NCBI GenBank assembly: GCA_030390025.1
Contig: CM059432.1
Coordinates: forward strand, 102,860,001 to 102,924,000
DNA from: Squalus acanthias
Taxonomy: Eukaryota
Length of the DNA: 64,000 nucleotides
Direction of reading: 5' to 3'
Part shown: piece after piece, positions 25,161 through 37,334 of the stretch
Layout: every line of letters begins with the position of its first letter
How positions within the stretch are numbered: position 1 is the stretch's first letter
The notes under the pieces: model-generated
Databases searched by the model: none
The model's input: only the letters and a program-made list of their open reading frames with translations
Told to the model about the DNA's origin: nothing
Position numbers and translations under genes: made by a program

Positions 25161-26278
25161 AGATTCTGAGGGCGATGACAGGCTAGATGCTGAGAGGTTG
25201 TTTCCCCTGGCTGGAGAGTCTAGAACTAGGGGGCATAGTCTCAGGATAAGGGGACGGCCATTTAAGACTGAGATGAGGCGGAATTTCGTCACTCAGAGGG
25301 TTGTGAATCTTTGGAATTCTCTACCCCAAAGGGCTGTGGATGCTGAGTCATTGAGTATATTCAAGGCTGAAATAGATAGATCTTTGGGGGTAAAAATTGA
25401 GTCGCGCCCCATTTGGGGCGCTAACCTCGCCAGGGCGCGACTTTTAGCGCCCCGAAAAAATTAGCGGCCCCGCGCCGGAACTTCAGTGGTTGCGCCCCAA
25501 GAGGGAAGCGGGGCGCCACTGGAAGCACCCCGCATCCCTCTTGGGGTGCTGCGAGTGAATATCCTGGCGCTACGGCACGTCGCGCCGCGGTATTGCAGGC
25601 CTTCCTCCCCTTCTTAAAGGGGAGGGACCCTGCACAGCGCGAACCGGGGCCCAGCTGGGCCCCCAGGGATCGGGAGTGCCGGCAAAAGAGCCCGGCACTC
25701 AAGAGAAGTGCCGGGCTCTTGGAGCGCAGCCGGCACTTCACGGTGGGGGGGCTTCACGGGGGCCGGGGACAGCAACGGGGGCAGGTGCTGGCAGGCGGCC
25801 AGCAACAAAAATGGCCGCCTGCCACCTCCCCTTTAAATATCGCCGCCCCGGCCGCACGTACGCCTCCCTGAACCCGTCGGACATAGCGTCTGGCGGTAAA
25901 TCAGGGGGCGCGACTGAAGATCGCGGCTGGAGCGCGAGCGGGGTGCTGCGCACGGCGATGACGTCATCGCCGGCGGCGCAGCGCCACAGGGCGCTACCGG
26001 CTGCCGCCGCTGCTAACCTCCCACTAAATTTTTCGGGAGGCGTGGGCGGCGCTGCGCCCGGGCGTTAGCTGCTTTACGCCCCATTAGCGCCCTCTTAAGG
26101 CGCTAACGGGAGGCGCAAGCAGCTGAATTTTTCCCCCTTGGACTCTAGGGGAATCAAGGGATATGGGGATCGGGCGCAAAAGTGGAGTTGAGGTCGAAGA
26201 TCAGCCATGATCTTATTGAATGGTGGAGCAGGCTCGAAGGGCAGTATGGCCTACTCCTGCTCCTAATTCTTATGTTCT
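25161..26278 (+). mobile_element. CR1 3' fragment, interrupted by a MITE and nested in a second Penelope tail (25131-26345)
   Basis: RLFPLAGESRTRGHSLRIRGRPFKTEMRRNFVTQRVVNLWNSLP; tail ...ttcttatgttctta; near-identical to 29750-30127. Confidence 0.88.
25387..26137 (+). mobile_element. Young GC/CpG-rich Harbinger MITE
   Basis: TIR GGGGTAAAAATT...AATTTTTCCCCC; TTG TSD; near-identical copy at 52921-53651. Confidence 0.92.
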
Positions 26279-26917
26279 TAGTTCCAGCATTTTCTGTTTT
26301 TACTTCAGATTTCCAGCATCTGCAGTATTTTGCTTTTGTATTTTTAATCCTGAGCTCCATTTCAGCATAGCTCTATACTGGTAGCATAGGATTGCGGAAC
26401 TTCCTTTAGAGGATTGCCATGCAAATGTGTTATCCTTTTGTTTATTAATATCCCCAACCATAATTTTGAGGTTATTAGGCACCGTCATTATTCAACCCTA
26501 CCCAGTTGCTTTGTAAAGATGGCATTTCCTTGGTTCCAGAAACACAGAAACCATCAAGTTCCATAGAATATTTGATTTCTGACTGTATTTAGTGCGATAA
26601 TCTTCATCCCGTTACTAATCAGATGTTTATACAGCTGTTTATGTGTAACTCATCTAACATTGCCTACAATCCCATTAAAAAGAATCTTAGGAAGGTAATG
26701 ACTAGTATTCTAAAAAAAGATTAAACAGCTGCATCAATGGTGCCATCTGTATACAATGAGAGGAAGCCACGAGAAATGTTCAGAGAATGCTAGACCCCAG
26801 ATATTTTAAACCTTTTCCTTTGGTCAGACAGATGTCAGGATACGTGTGAAGTCTTTGGGTATCACCTATATTTTTAGTAGCAGGAATAATGACTAAATAT
26901 TTTGTGTTAACTGGAGA

Positions 26918-26968
26918 AACCTTCAGCCACAGTAAAGGATTCAGAATCCTTTACTGTGGCTGAAGGTT
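26918..26968. repeat. Perfect inverted repeat: 25-bp arms, 1-nt spacer
   Basis: aaccttcagccacagtaaaggattc-a-gaatcctttactgtggctgaaggtt. Confidence 0.95.
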
Positions 26969-27934
26969 ACTTCAATGAATCAGTTATTCTCTGAATGCAC
27001 TTGCTAGATTCTGCTGGTTTTCAATGTTGAATTCATCCAGTGGATACTGGCAAGAGGGAGTTGCTAAGGGTAACTTATCAAAAATTGCTTTCGCTATTAC
27101 AATTGGCCTTTGTCAGTTTACAATTGTACGATTCAGACAGTAAAGTCTCTAGTGACTGTTAAACACCTCAGGAACCACATGCTGAAACCCTTTCTTGCCA
27201 AGCAAGCTTAGTTTATTTAAATTGCATCATTGTTTATGTCACGGAATTCAGCAGTGTAGTTACAAGTATGGTCCTAGGAAATGGAAAAGCAGAAATCACA
27301 GAAAAATTGCAATACAAAGCAAATATTACCTCTGTGGGAAATAGTTCTAAATTGTCTCAGGAGAGCAAAAATCAACAGTAAATTATCAGCAATAGCATGG
27401 AATTACAGAGCAGCCAACCCTGTGCAATTCAATTGATGCAACAATGAAAGGGCTCATGTTGTGATGTATATACATGAGGCCCTAGTTATCTTTATGATTG
27501 GTACTGGACTGATAACTGCACTCTTGGGATTCAATGCGTATGATGGACTCCTGCTATTAAAAAAATCTAATTTTTAAAAAGTACAGGTTGGTCTCACAAT
27601 GACAGATCAATATCCATCACCTAACAAGGCAATAGTTTCCTTCCATGGCAGCTCTATGTGTTGGGGCTCAAGAAGGCCTCTGGCTTAATGTAATGTTTGG
27701 ATTAGATTTTCTGCAGCTACATCAGGTGTAGCAAGAAAAGACACAAGAGGAGGGTTACAGAGTACAAAGGAGAAATATTACAGAAATGTTGTAGAGTTAA
27801 GCTGGATACAAATGTTGTCATCTTGAAAGAATTAAGCCAATAATATTGGTCAGTTAAACCCATAGTGAGCACATATCAGCTGGTCTTTATGGATGCAGGA
27901 AGATGTGTCATTGCATGAACACTGGTGATAGTTC

Positions 27935-28260
27935 TTGCTTCATATGAGGAGAAAAGCTTATAATGAGATATCTAGTTTGGCTATCCATCCAATGGCCTCC
28001 TGAGATGCCGAGTGGAGGAATGAGGTGCTTCCCGCAACAGATCTTAGTGGGCAAGTTGACATGATGTGGTCCATGGTCTGGGACTCATGGCCACAGTCGC
28101 ACTTCGGGTCGTCCCTCATCGTCCACTTGTGGAGCAGGTGGCCGCATCATCCATGCCCTGTGTGGTGATAGTCACAAGGGGTGCTGAAACCATTCCGAAG
28201 GAGAAGATAACAAATGCTTCGGATATGCCAGTGGCCACAATCAAAAATGCCAATATATGA
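27935..28260 (-). mobile_element. Old 3' end of an Ingi/Vingi-like non-LTR retrotransposon
   Basis: Minus strand reads HTGHG*CGHLLHKWTMRDDPKCDCGHESQTMDHIMSTCPLR...LHSASQEAIGWIAKLDISL*, a C-terminal CCHC zinc knuckle. Clade assignment is from memory of the motif. Confidence 0.65.
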
Positions 28261-29539
28261 AATATTGCAACAAGTGCAACGAACTGGAAGTAAGCCTTTT
28301 TTCTATTGGAGTGACTGAGATTATGAGCGTATAGAGGATATTTGTTTAACCTCAGTATTTGCTAGCCGTATTGTAAAATAGTGGTCAATCTTTGAATAGA
28401 TAGGAGATGACATGTTTAGTGCAGAAATTTTATTTTCCAATCCAAATGAATGGCTGGCAATATAACCCAACAGGGAAACCTAGAATTGTGGAAAGGATGT
28501 CTGACCTGTTAAAGTCCACACAGTTTTCAATATAAAAAAAAAAGTAAATCAGTCACTCTTGGATATACTGTTGATTCATGACACTTCTATAAAGTAAATT
28601 ACAAATTATTACCCTATCAGGGGTAATGTTCTGTCAAGAGCATTGCTTATACTTTTGTAATGGAATTCTCTGATTCTCGTGTTTTGTGTATGTGAGAGAT
28701 TGAGATTGTAGGGGTGATTTTAACCCTGTCTGCCCAGTGGAAACTGGACAGGTGGGCAGTAACAATCAGCCAGGAGACTTACCCACTGATATTCCTCTCC
28801 CTTCCCACAGTCTTCCATTTTAACCTGAGCAAGCGTAAAGGACTCCCACTGGAAATCGGTGGAGTCCTTCTTTAAATATGTAGATCGGGCCACAATGATG
28901 TCATCAGGATCCGAGTATTATTTCAACTCGTGCCCTTCGTGGGGAAGCCATTGTGTCATCATCTGTGACAGGTATAACAGGAAATAAATGGCAGAATGTG
29001 AGTAAAACCACGGAAAAATACATCTCTCCCCAAGAAGCTCAGTGACATACCTGCAGAGTTTAGTCGTCCTTCCAACTTTTGGAGTTTGTCAAATTCAGCA
29101 GGGATGGACATCGCTACATTGTGCTTCTGAAGCTGTGATAGCCAATCTATTTCTAAGCAGACATTGACCCATCTGCAATGTGTGGTTTCCATCTAGTTAA
29201 AACATGCTGGTCCATAATTTGCAGTCAGCAGTGAAGCAAAGGCGCTCGCCACTGGCACCGAAGATAGCTGCCCACAGAGATCTCGCTGGCGAGAAGTGTG
29301 CCTTTTTTGGCATTCAGTTGATTCCAGTGCTCAGTAATGGGAATTCCTAGTGTGATGCTGCAGTGACGTCAACAAGCTGTCGAAGCAGCCAATCACATTG
29401 CAGAATTCTCACAGACCAGAAACCAGGAAATGAGAAGCTGCTTTTATCAGGACTTTTTAATAATGTTACAGAGAGTGAAATAAAGATTGAGACTTTCACA
29501 TGGGAATAAGGTAGAAGCTGAAATATCATGAACAATTGT

Positions 29540-30127
29540 ACAGAGCTTTGGTGAGACCACAGCTGGAGTACTATGCACAGGTTTGGTCTCCTTATCTGAG
29601 AAAGGACATACATGCCTTAGAGGCAGTGCAACAAAGGTTTACTAGATTGATTCCTGGGTGAGAGGGTTGTCCTATGAGGAGAGTTTGAGTAGATTGGGCC
29701 TATAATACTCTCAGGAGTTTAGAAGAATGAGAGTTGATCTCATTGAAACATATAAGATTCTGAGGGGGACTAACAGGTCAGATGTTGAGAGGTCGTTTCC
29801 CCTGGCTGGAGAGTCTAGAACTAGGGGGCATAGTCTCAAGACAAGGAGTCGGCCATTTAAGACTGAGATGAGGAGGAATTTCTTCACTCAGAGGGTTGTG
29901 AATCTTTGGATTCTCTACCCCAAAGGGATGTGGATGCTGAATCGTTCAGTATATTCAAGGCTGAGATAGATAGATATTTGGGCTCTAGGGGAATCCAGGG
30001 ATATGGGGATTGGGCGGAAAAGTGGAGTTGAGGTCGAAGATCAGCCATGATCTTATTGAATGGTGGAGCAGGCTCAAAGAGCCGTATGGCCTACTACTGC
30101 TCCTAATTTTTATGTTCTTATGTTCTT
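29540..30127 (+). mobile_element. CR1 3' fragment
   Basis: LVRPQLEY..., RVDLIETYKIL...TRGHSLK; tail tatgttcttatgttct. Confidence 0.9.
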
Positions 30128-30382
30128 TTTATGTAATTTGTAATGGAGAAATTTGACACTCCACAAATATAAAAATTAGTTTTTCAGGGCCAGAACGTTT
30201 GTTGATCAGTCAATACATTGTTAAAATCCCAGTTACACCTATTCCTACAAGGCTTAACATTTAATGGGGTATTTAACAGCCAAATTGCCGCGGAGAAGCC
30301 CAAGTTTTCATCAGTTTCACTGATTACACTGATTGCCGGCTAAGGGGCAGGGGGGTGGGGGGGAGGAGTGGGGGCCCACAGT

Positions 30383-31000
30383 CTTCTTCTTCTTCTTCTT
30401 AGGCAGTCCCTTGGAACCGAGGATGACTTGCTTCCACACTAAAAATGAGTTCTCAGGTGACTGATGAGTCCAATGCGGGACCTGCAGTCTCTGTCACAGG
30501 TGGGGCAGACGGTGGTTGAAGGGGCGGGTGGGTGGGGTGCTTGGGTTGACGCGCGTTCCTTCTGCTGTTTGCGCTTGGCTTCCGCTTGCTCCTGGTGAAG
30601 AGACCCGAGGTGTTCGGCGCCTTGCCGGATGCTTCTCCTCCACTTTGAGCAGTCTAGGCCAGGGATTGCCAGGTGTCGGAGGGGATGTTGCACTTTTTCA
30701 AGGAGGCTTTGAGGGTGTCCTTGAAGCATTTCCTCTGCCCACCTGGGGCTCTCTTGCCGTGTCGGAGCTCCGAGTAGAGCGCTTGTTTTGGGAGTCTCGT
30801 ATCGGGCATGCGGACGATGTGACCCATCCATCGGAGTTGATCGAGCATGGTCAAAGCTTCAATGCTGGGGATGTTGGCCTGAGCGAGAACACTAACGTTG
30901 GTGCGCCTATCCTGCCAATGGATTTGCAGGATCTTGCGGAGGCAGCGTTGGTGATACCTCTCCAGAAATGGACCAGGTACAGCAGGCACCTCAAAGCACT
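30383..31000 (-). mobile_element. RTE-clade LINE 3' fragment with 5' inversion
   Basis: ERYHQRCLRKILQIHWQD...LRWMGHIVRMPDTRLPKQ and C2H2 motif CPTC...LISHLRTH; (GAA)n tail; 12-bp TSD GGGGCCCACAGT at 30371-30382 and 31001-31012. Confidence 0.92.
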
Positions 31001-31489
31001 GGGGCCCACAGTACAGCCAGTGTTGGAGCAGTGAATGACTGACCACATCTTCAGGATTTACGCGTTTAGATGCGCATGCACTAAATCCTGAAATTGCGGT
31101 CAGTTTCAGAGGGGTAATGACGCCGAATGCTGCTATCATATTGTGAGCATTGTCGGTGCCAATTGTTGTTACCTAGCCATGGATATCCCACTCTTTCGCA
31201 ACATCCAGGAAACGCACTGCACATGTCTCAGTTTAGTGTCTCACTTCAGTATGTTTTATTGCAAGCGCAAAAGAGGATAGTGTCCAAGCAGCATCAATCA
31301 AGTGTGCAATCATTCCAAGATAGCTGTGAGTGCTCACTGATGTCCAGTAATCACCAGTCAAACCAACAATTGGCACATTCTTCAGTAGCACCTACTTTGT
31401 AGTTTGTTTTAGAGGAATGTCGACTTGTGATACGATGAAGGTAAGGTATATGACTGATTCAAAGATACTGTTTGAATAACATCTCTTAG

Positions 31490-32650
31490 CCCTGCACTCG
31501 CCTGGTTCTATTCTTATCTATCTAATCATAGCCAGAGAATCACCTGCAATGGCTTCTCTTCCCGCTCCCATATCGTTACCACTGGTGTCCCCCAAGGATC
31601 TATCCTTGGCCCCTCCTATTTCTCATCTACATGCTACCCCTCAGCGACATCATCCGAAAAAACAGCGTCAGTTTCCACATGTACGCTGATGACACCCAGC
31701 TCTACCTCATGACCACTTCTCTCAACCCCTCCTAGGTGTCTAAATTGTCAGACTGCTTGTCCAGCATCCAGTACTGGATGAGCAGAAATTTCCTCCATTG
31801 TCTTCGGTCCCCGCCACAATCTCCGTTCCCTAGCCATCGATTCCATCCCTCTCCCTAGCATCTGTCTTAGGCTAAACCAGACGGTTCACAACCTTGGTGT
31901 CATATTTGACCCTGAAATGAGCTTCCGACCACATATCCACGACATGACTAAGACTGCCAATTTCCACCTCCGTAACATCGCCCGTCTCCACCCTTGCTTC
32001 AGCTCATCTGCTGCTGAAACCCTCATCCATGCTTTGTTGCCTCTAGAATTGATTATTCCAATGCACTCCTGGATGGTCTCCCACGTTCTACTCTACATAA
32101 ACCTGAGGTCATCCAAAACTCGGCTGCCCATGTCCTAACTCAGACCAAGTCCCGTTCACCCATCACCCCTGTGCTCGCTGACCTACATTGGCTCCCAGTT
32201 AAGCAACGCCTTGATTTTAAAATTCTCATCCTTGTTTGCAAATCCCTCCATGGCCTTGCACCTCCCTATCTCTATAATCTCCTCCAGCCCCACAACCCTG
32301 CCCCGCACAACCCCGCCCCCCACCCCCGAGATAGCTGTGCTCCTCCATTTCTGCCCTCTTGAGCATCCCTGATTATAAATCGCTTAACCATTGGTGATCG
32401 TGCCTTCAGCTGCCTAAGCCCTAAGCTTTGGAATTCCCTCCCTAAACATCTCTGATGCTCTACCTCTCTTTCCTCCTTTAAGATGCTCATTAAAACCTAC
32501 CGCTTTAACAAAGCTTTTGGTCATCTGCCCTAATTTCTCCTTATGTGGCTCGGTGCCAAATATTTTGATTTATAACATTCCTGTGAAGCACATTGGGATG
32601 TTTTACTACATTAAAGGCGCTACATAAATACAAGTTGTTGTTGTTGTTGT
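31490..32650 (+). mobile_element. L2 LINE 3' portion
   Basis: [38 protein letters not shown]; tail ggcgctacataaatacaag(ttg)n. Confidence 0.9.
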
Positions 32651-32689
32651 ACTACTTACAATGTTAATAGGTCTGCAATTGGTAGCTAT

Positions 32690-34441
32690 TGTAGAGTTTC
32701 GCAATTATCGCGATTCAAAATAACATGAGAGAAGCAGATTCAATTGATCATTTTTATTAAACGAAATGCTGTCCTGATAATAAAGGTCATGATGTGGAGA
32801 TGCCGGCGTTGGACTGGGGTGGACAAAAATGAGAAGTCGCACAACACCTGATTGTAAAATTAAATAAATCTGTTGGACTATAACCTGGTGTTGTGCGACT
32901 TCTCATTTCTGATAATAAAGGACACAGAAGCCTGTAAAATGGCCACCGCGCATCGTGGCAGAAGCTTCCAGAGACACAGTGGGCAGACAAGATGGCGTCG
33001 AATATACATTCAGTATGAGATCGGATCATACTCGGTACACATTGTAAAGACAGGATGCAACCCGTTCGCATCTTGAACAATAGCAATGATATAAGTGCTG
33101 GAATCGTTTCCTACGCACAGTAAGGATCATTGAACTGGGCCATCGAGAACCCATCTAGACACATCAATACACAAATACCCCCCCGGCTCAACAATGAGAG
33201 AGACATTGGCGGGTGATTAAGCCAGTATTCGGGGGGCCCCAAAACCAGTCGAGGAGACGATTCATACACATCCTGGCTGGCTCAACAATGGAGAAGGTAT
33301 TAACGGATAGTTGGCCAGTTTCAGGTGCTACCGAAACCCGTTAAGAAAATAATCGCCCCATGCTGGGAGTCTTGGGCGCCAAAATCACACAAAGAATAAA
33401 CGTTTAGATATGAGCGGGAGATAAGGCCGACAAAGCAGTATAACTATAGAGGACAAATGTCCATCGCTCTCTTGATTCTCTCGCTTCCTGGCCTCTTCCT
33501 TGACTCTTGACTCTTCCTGAAGCTCTTGCTGGACTCTTTTTGACTCTTGACTCTTAGCCGTGCTGGTCAGTTATTCGAGTGTTGGGTAGAGCTCAATCGG
33601 AACGAGCCGCCTCGACAGAGCAAGTAACAGGGTACACCATCCCGAGTGTCGGTAAACGGTGTCCGGACCCGGAGGCCCGAGTGACGAGAAGAAAGACGAG
33701 AAGAAAGACGAGAAGAAATTCCACGTGCCGCCATGGTCAGTAAACCCCGACCGCGCCCGAAGATATAACGACAGAACTCATCTTTGAATTCTACCGACTA
33801 CTACATGTACCGTTTCTTTTGAATTCTACGGATTACTGCACGATCCGGTCTGAAATCCATCGACTGCTTCATGACATCAGGGAGTCTGGCTTGCTTTTCG
33901 CGGCAGCGAGAGTAAACAAGTGGGGTGCAGAAACCCTTCCAAACACGTGACAGTCAGGTGCTGCAGCGAAACGAGCTGAGTGCCTCACTTTAAATTTCCG
34001 AAGTGAACCGAGTGGTGAGCATGTTTTACGATCCTACAAATCCAGACGTAGTTTAGGTATATTGAGGGAGGGTGGTTTTTCTAAGGTTAATGTACAATGT
34101 GTTCCCCCTTTTACAATGTGTCGTGTGTTCCTCATTTCCATAGACCAAGTTTTATGAACGTGTGTATACTTGTACTCTCTTTGATCTGTGCCTATGATAT
34201 GTATTTCATGATTTTAGACGCCATGCAATAAAGATATTCATTTCGTGCTATTCAACCGGGTCTATTTGAGTTTTCTCTGCATTACTGCTCCTTGCATCTA
34301 AGTCCAGGTGTCAGAACCGTAAGGGCGAGTGGGTCAAACCACTCACAGGTGCTTATTGCAAAAAGGCTGGCCGGAGACCAGAGCAAGCAATAGTATAGGC
34401 AACGAAGGCCTCACCTCGCACCAGTACCGTGACCCCTTACA
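32690..34441 (+). mobile_element. Solo LTR (1752 bp)
   Basis: TGTA...TACA termini; 4-bp TSD CTAT; TATAA at 33439; AATAAA at 34227; homologous to the two minus-strand copies; no adjacent PBS or internal region. Confidence 0.85.
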
Positions 34442-34903
34442 CTATCCATTTTGTAATAATATTGGTTATATTATCGTAATTAGCTTGATTCATGAGATTG
34501 CAGTGATCCTGAATTTCTAAAAGAGTACTCTGTCAAAACTAATTTCTGAATGAAATATTGTAAGAAATACCTGATTAAGCCATTGAGAATAGCTATGCCT
34601 AATATAAAAGAAAGAAGAAATAATTTGGATTTATATCGCACCTTTCACATCCTCAGGATGTCTCTCAGCACTTCAGAGCCCATGCAGGAGCAGTTCGGTG
34701 TTAATTATATCTGCTGTGGCTCTGTCACCACACTGCTCTACAGCTGTGGAGAAACTTTGATGTCTTGCCCATCCTTCACATTATTAACTCAGGTCCAAAT
34801 GTGAGCACATACTTAAACTTCCTTTTGTTCCTTCCTCCCCTCCCCCCCCCCCTTTCCCTGCCTCTGCACACGCTTAAAATCTGTTACATCCCTAACTTTT
34901 TCC

Positions 34904-34936
34904 AGTTCTGATGAAGGGTCACAGACCTGAAACATT
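34904..34936 (+). ncRNA. Minimal type I hammerhead ribozyme motif (3' helix I strand displaced to 35815-35818 by the MITE)
   Basis: AGTT-CTGATGA-A-GGGTC ACA GACCT-GAAAC-ATT|AACT. Confidence 0.65.
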
Positions 34937-35811
34937 GGCTGCGATTTTTCGTTTTGAGGCGGCTTGGGTGCGGGACAGCTGCCATCCGGGTTCCAGTCCC
35001 GCTCCCAACGACATCAGACGCACAAACGTGATTTTGCGTCAATTGGCCTTGTTAAGCCCGCCCTGCGGGCTTGCCGGCCAATTAAGAGGAAGCCGGTGTC
35101 AGATGACATCAGTTGATGACGCGTCATCTGACGGTTTTCTTAAAGGGGCCACGCACATTTTCTTTTGACAGCTGATTTCTCAGTGTTTGACAGCATTGAG
35201 GTGCTGCAAACACTGACAATCACTGTACAAAGGTGAGCTCTTGCACTCAGGCTCTCCAGTGACTCCCTCCTTGGGCTAGAATAGATGGCAGCTGCAGGTG
35301 AGGTTACAGAAGCGATCTGTCACTGGTGAGAGAGGCTCTCCCAATGAGGTGGGACTACACATAAAAATCAAAACTTGTTACCAACAGAAAAGTGTAAATG
35401 CATTAAAAATGATTTTCTCAACATTATCTTACCTCTGAAACTCACCAGTGCAACATTGGTTCCTTCACACCACTTCTGCAGCTGTCATCAATGCAGAAAC
35501 ATTACAGTAGACCCACAGCATGCCACACTTACCTGGCGTGGTGTCCGGACGTCGGGAAGCCCGCAGTAGAACTGTCAAAATTGCAAAATGCCTTTTAACT
35601 GCCTGTTAACAACCTGTTAACAAGCAGTTAATTGGCTATAATCCTCTTCCCGCCGCTAGGTGTCGGGTCCATGCGGAAATCGGGGACCCGACACTTGGAA
35701 AGATTGATTGGAGGCGGGTTAACAGCGGGTTTCTGACCCTCTGTCAATCTTTGAGATTTTGCCGGATGTCCCGCCTCTAAACCCGCCCCGAGCGCCAGCA
35801 AAATTCCGGCC
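34937..35811 (+). mobile_element. Harbinger-type MITE
   Basis: Termini GGCTGCGATTTT / AAAATTCCGGCC; ATT TSD at 34934-34936 and 35812-35814. Confidence 0.85.
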
Positions 35812-37334
35812 ATTAACTCTGTTTCTCTCTCCACGGATGCTGCCTGGCCTGCTGAGTGTTTCCAGCATTTTCTGTTATTATTTCTTAAACTTCCTTTGTT
35901 AGTTCTAGTTGAATAATGCTGAAAAATTCTTATGCAGTTTGATCTTTAACAAAACTTTTAAAAAATCACATAATTACGAATGATAGAATGCTTTAACACT
36001 AACTTCTTCTGTTAATTAATGAAATGGTCTTTGAATTACATATTTTATTGACACATGATTTATGTATTCATATACTTGTGATAAAGTTACAATTCCTTGG
36101 ATTGCTACTTAGAAGAAAAATATTTCTTCATAATCTATTTGTAAAATAAATGATTTATTAAGGATAGGCATCTACAGTCAGTTGCCATTGATGAATTCTT
36201 TATTTATCTGTTTAGTGAAATGTGATTAAACTGACTAAAACTGTTACAAGTCAGACAACATTCCAAACCACCAGGCATCTTTTAACAATATCAGTCAGTG
36301 TATTGGGGAGGGGGGAAATCAGAACATTTTTACAGGATTTAGTAATTTGAGTACCTTTTCGGTTCATTGTGATTAAAATTTAGTTCTAGTTTATTTAAAT
36401 GCAGTACTTATACAGGCTATTGTAATATGATTTCTTGTACATCAAAGGTCCTTACCAAGAAGACACACTTACAGCTGTAATTATATCTTTGAAGTTATTC
36501 TGATGTCATCCTAAAGAAGTCTATGCATTGAAGAAGAAACACTCTATTTAATTATATGAATTCAGTCTAACAAAAACTGGAACAGAAAATATAATGTAAC
36601 GTAAGTGCTTCACACTTTCTGGCATTTCTAGGATGATTTTTATGAAAAAATTGGAACTTTTTCTGTTTTCCCAAGTTTCCTAATAATAAGTAAAAGTGCT
36701 GGTTTGCTTTTATTATTTTTCACTGGCGAGCCTGTATGAGACACAGTTTATACCCTCTACACAACTGCGTTATAAAACCAACCTTCAAGGATTCCTTAAA
36801 TGTTGTTAGTTATCAGACATTAAGCAAATCCCAAATGTACTGTAGTTGTCCAACAATGGGAATAATTGACAACTATTACAAAACACATTATGATAGAAAG
36901 GATCGTTCTTAGTGATGGAAGAGAAAGGGATTTTTTAACAAAAATCATAACTTACATTCAGTTTTCAATTAATGCGTTTTAATTGTAAACGTTATTGTGC
37001 TGGTCACTCTTCCAAGCATTTTTTTCTTTTGCAGCATAATGTAGAATATGCTGGATCATCATCTATCGGGGATATTATTGAAGATTGTGGATCATAATAT
37101 GCAGCTGTGGCATTCAACTTTAGGAATTTGGCAGTGAGCAAGAGTTGATACATAGGACTAGATTCTCCTCTTTCCAGCGGGGCCGTGGAGAAGTGGGACT
37201 GTAGCCTACCCCTCCAACTCCACCACGATCCCTGTTGGACTGTTTTCTTGTTCCTTTTTGTCTTGTTACTTTAAACACCAGATTACACACACATTCAGTT
37301 GTAGCAATGCAGGATCAGATCTTTATTGAAACAT

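Larger units (their letters stand above)
34826..35883 (+). mobile_element. Penelope-like 3' end insertion with hammerhead motif, interrupted by a MITE
   Basis: 14-bp direct repeat CTTAAACTTCCTTT at 34812-34825 and 35884-35897; similar to the minus strand of 45240-46180. Confidence 0.85.

Noticed and set aside
25421..26068. Overlapping GC-rich ORFs as genes
   Set aside because: Stop-poor GC-rich MITE interior; indels between the two copies and no protein motifs.
29051..29192. Minus-strand exon METTHCRWVNVCLEIDWLSQLQKH...
   Set aside because: Weak acceptor without a pyrimidine tract, unrecognised peptide, flanked by transposon remnants.
37035..37132. Exon after a strong acceptor tttttcttttgcag
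   Set aside because: All three frames hit stops; a non-coding exon cannot be supported from sequence alone.
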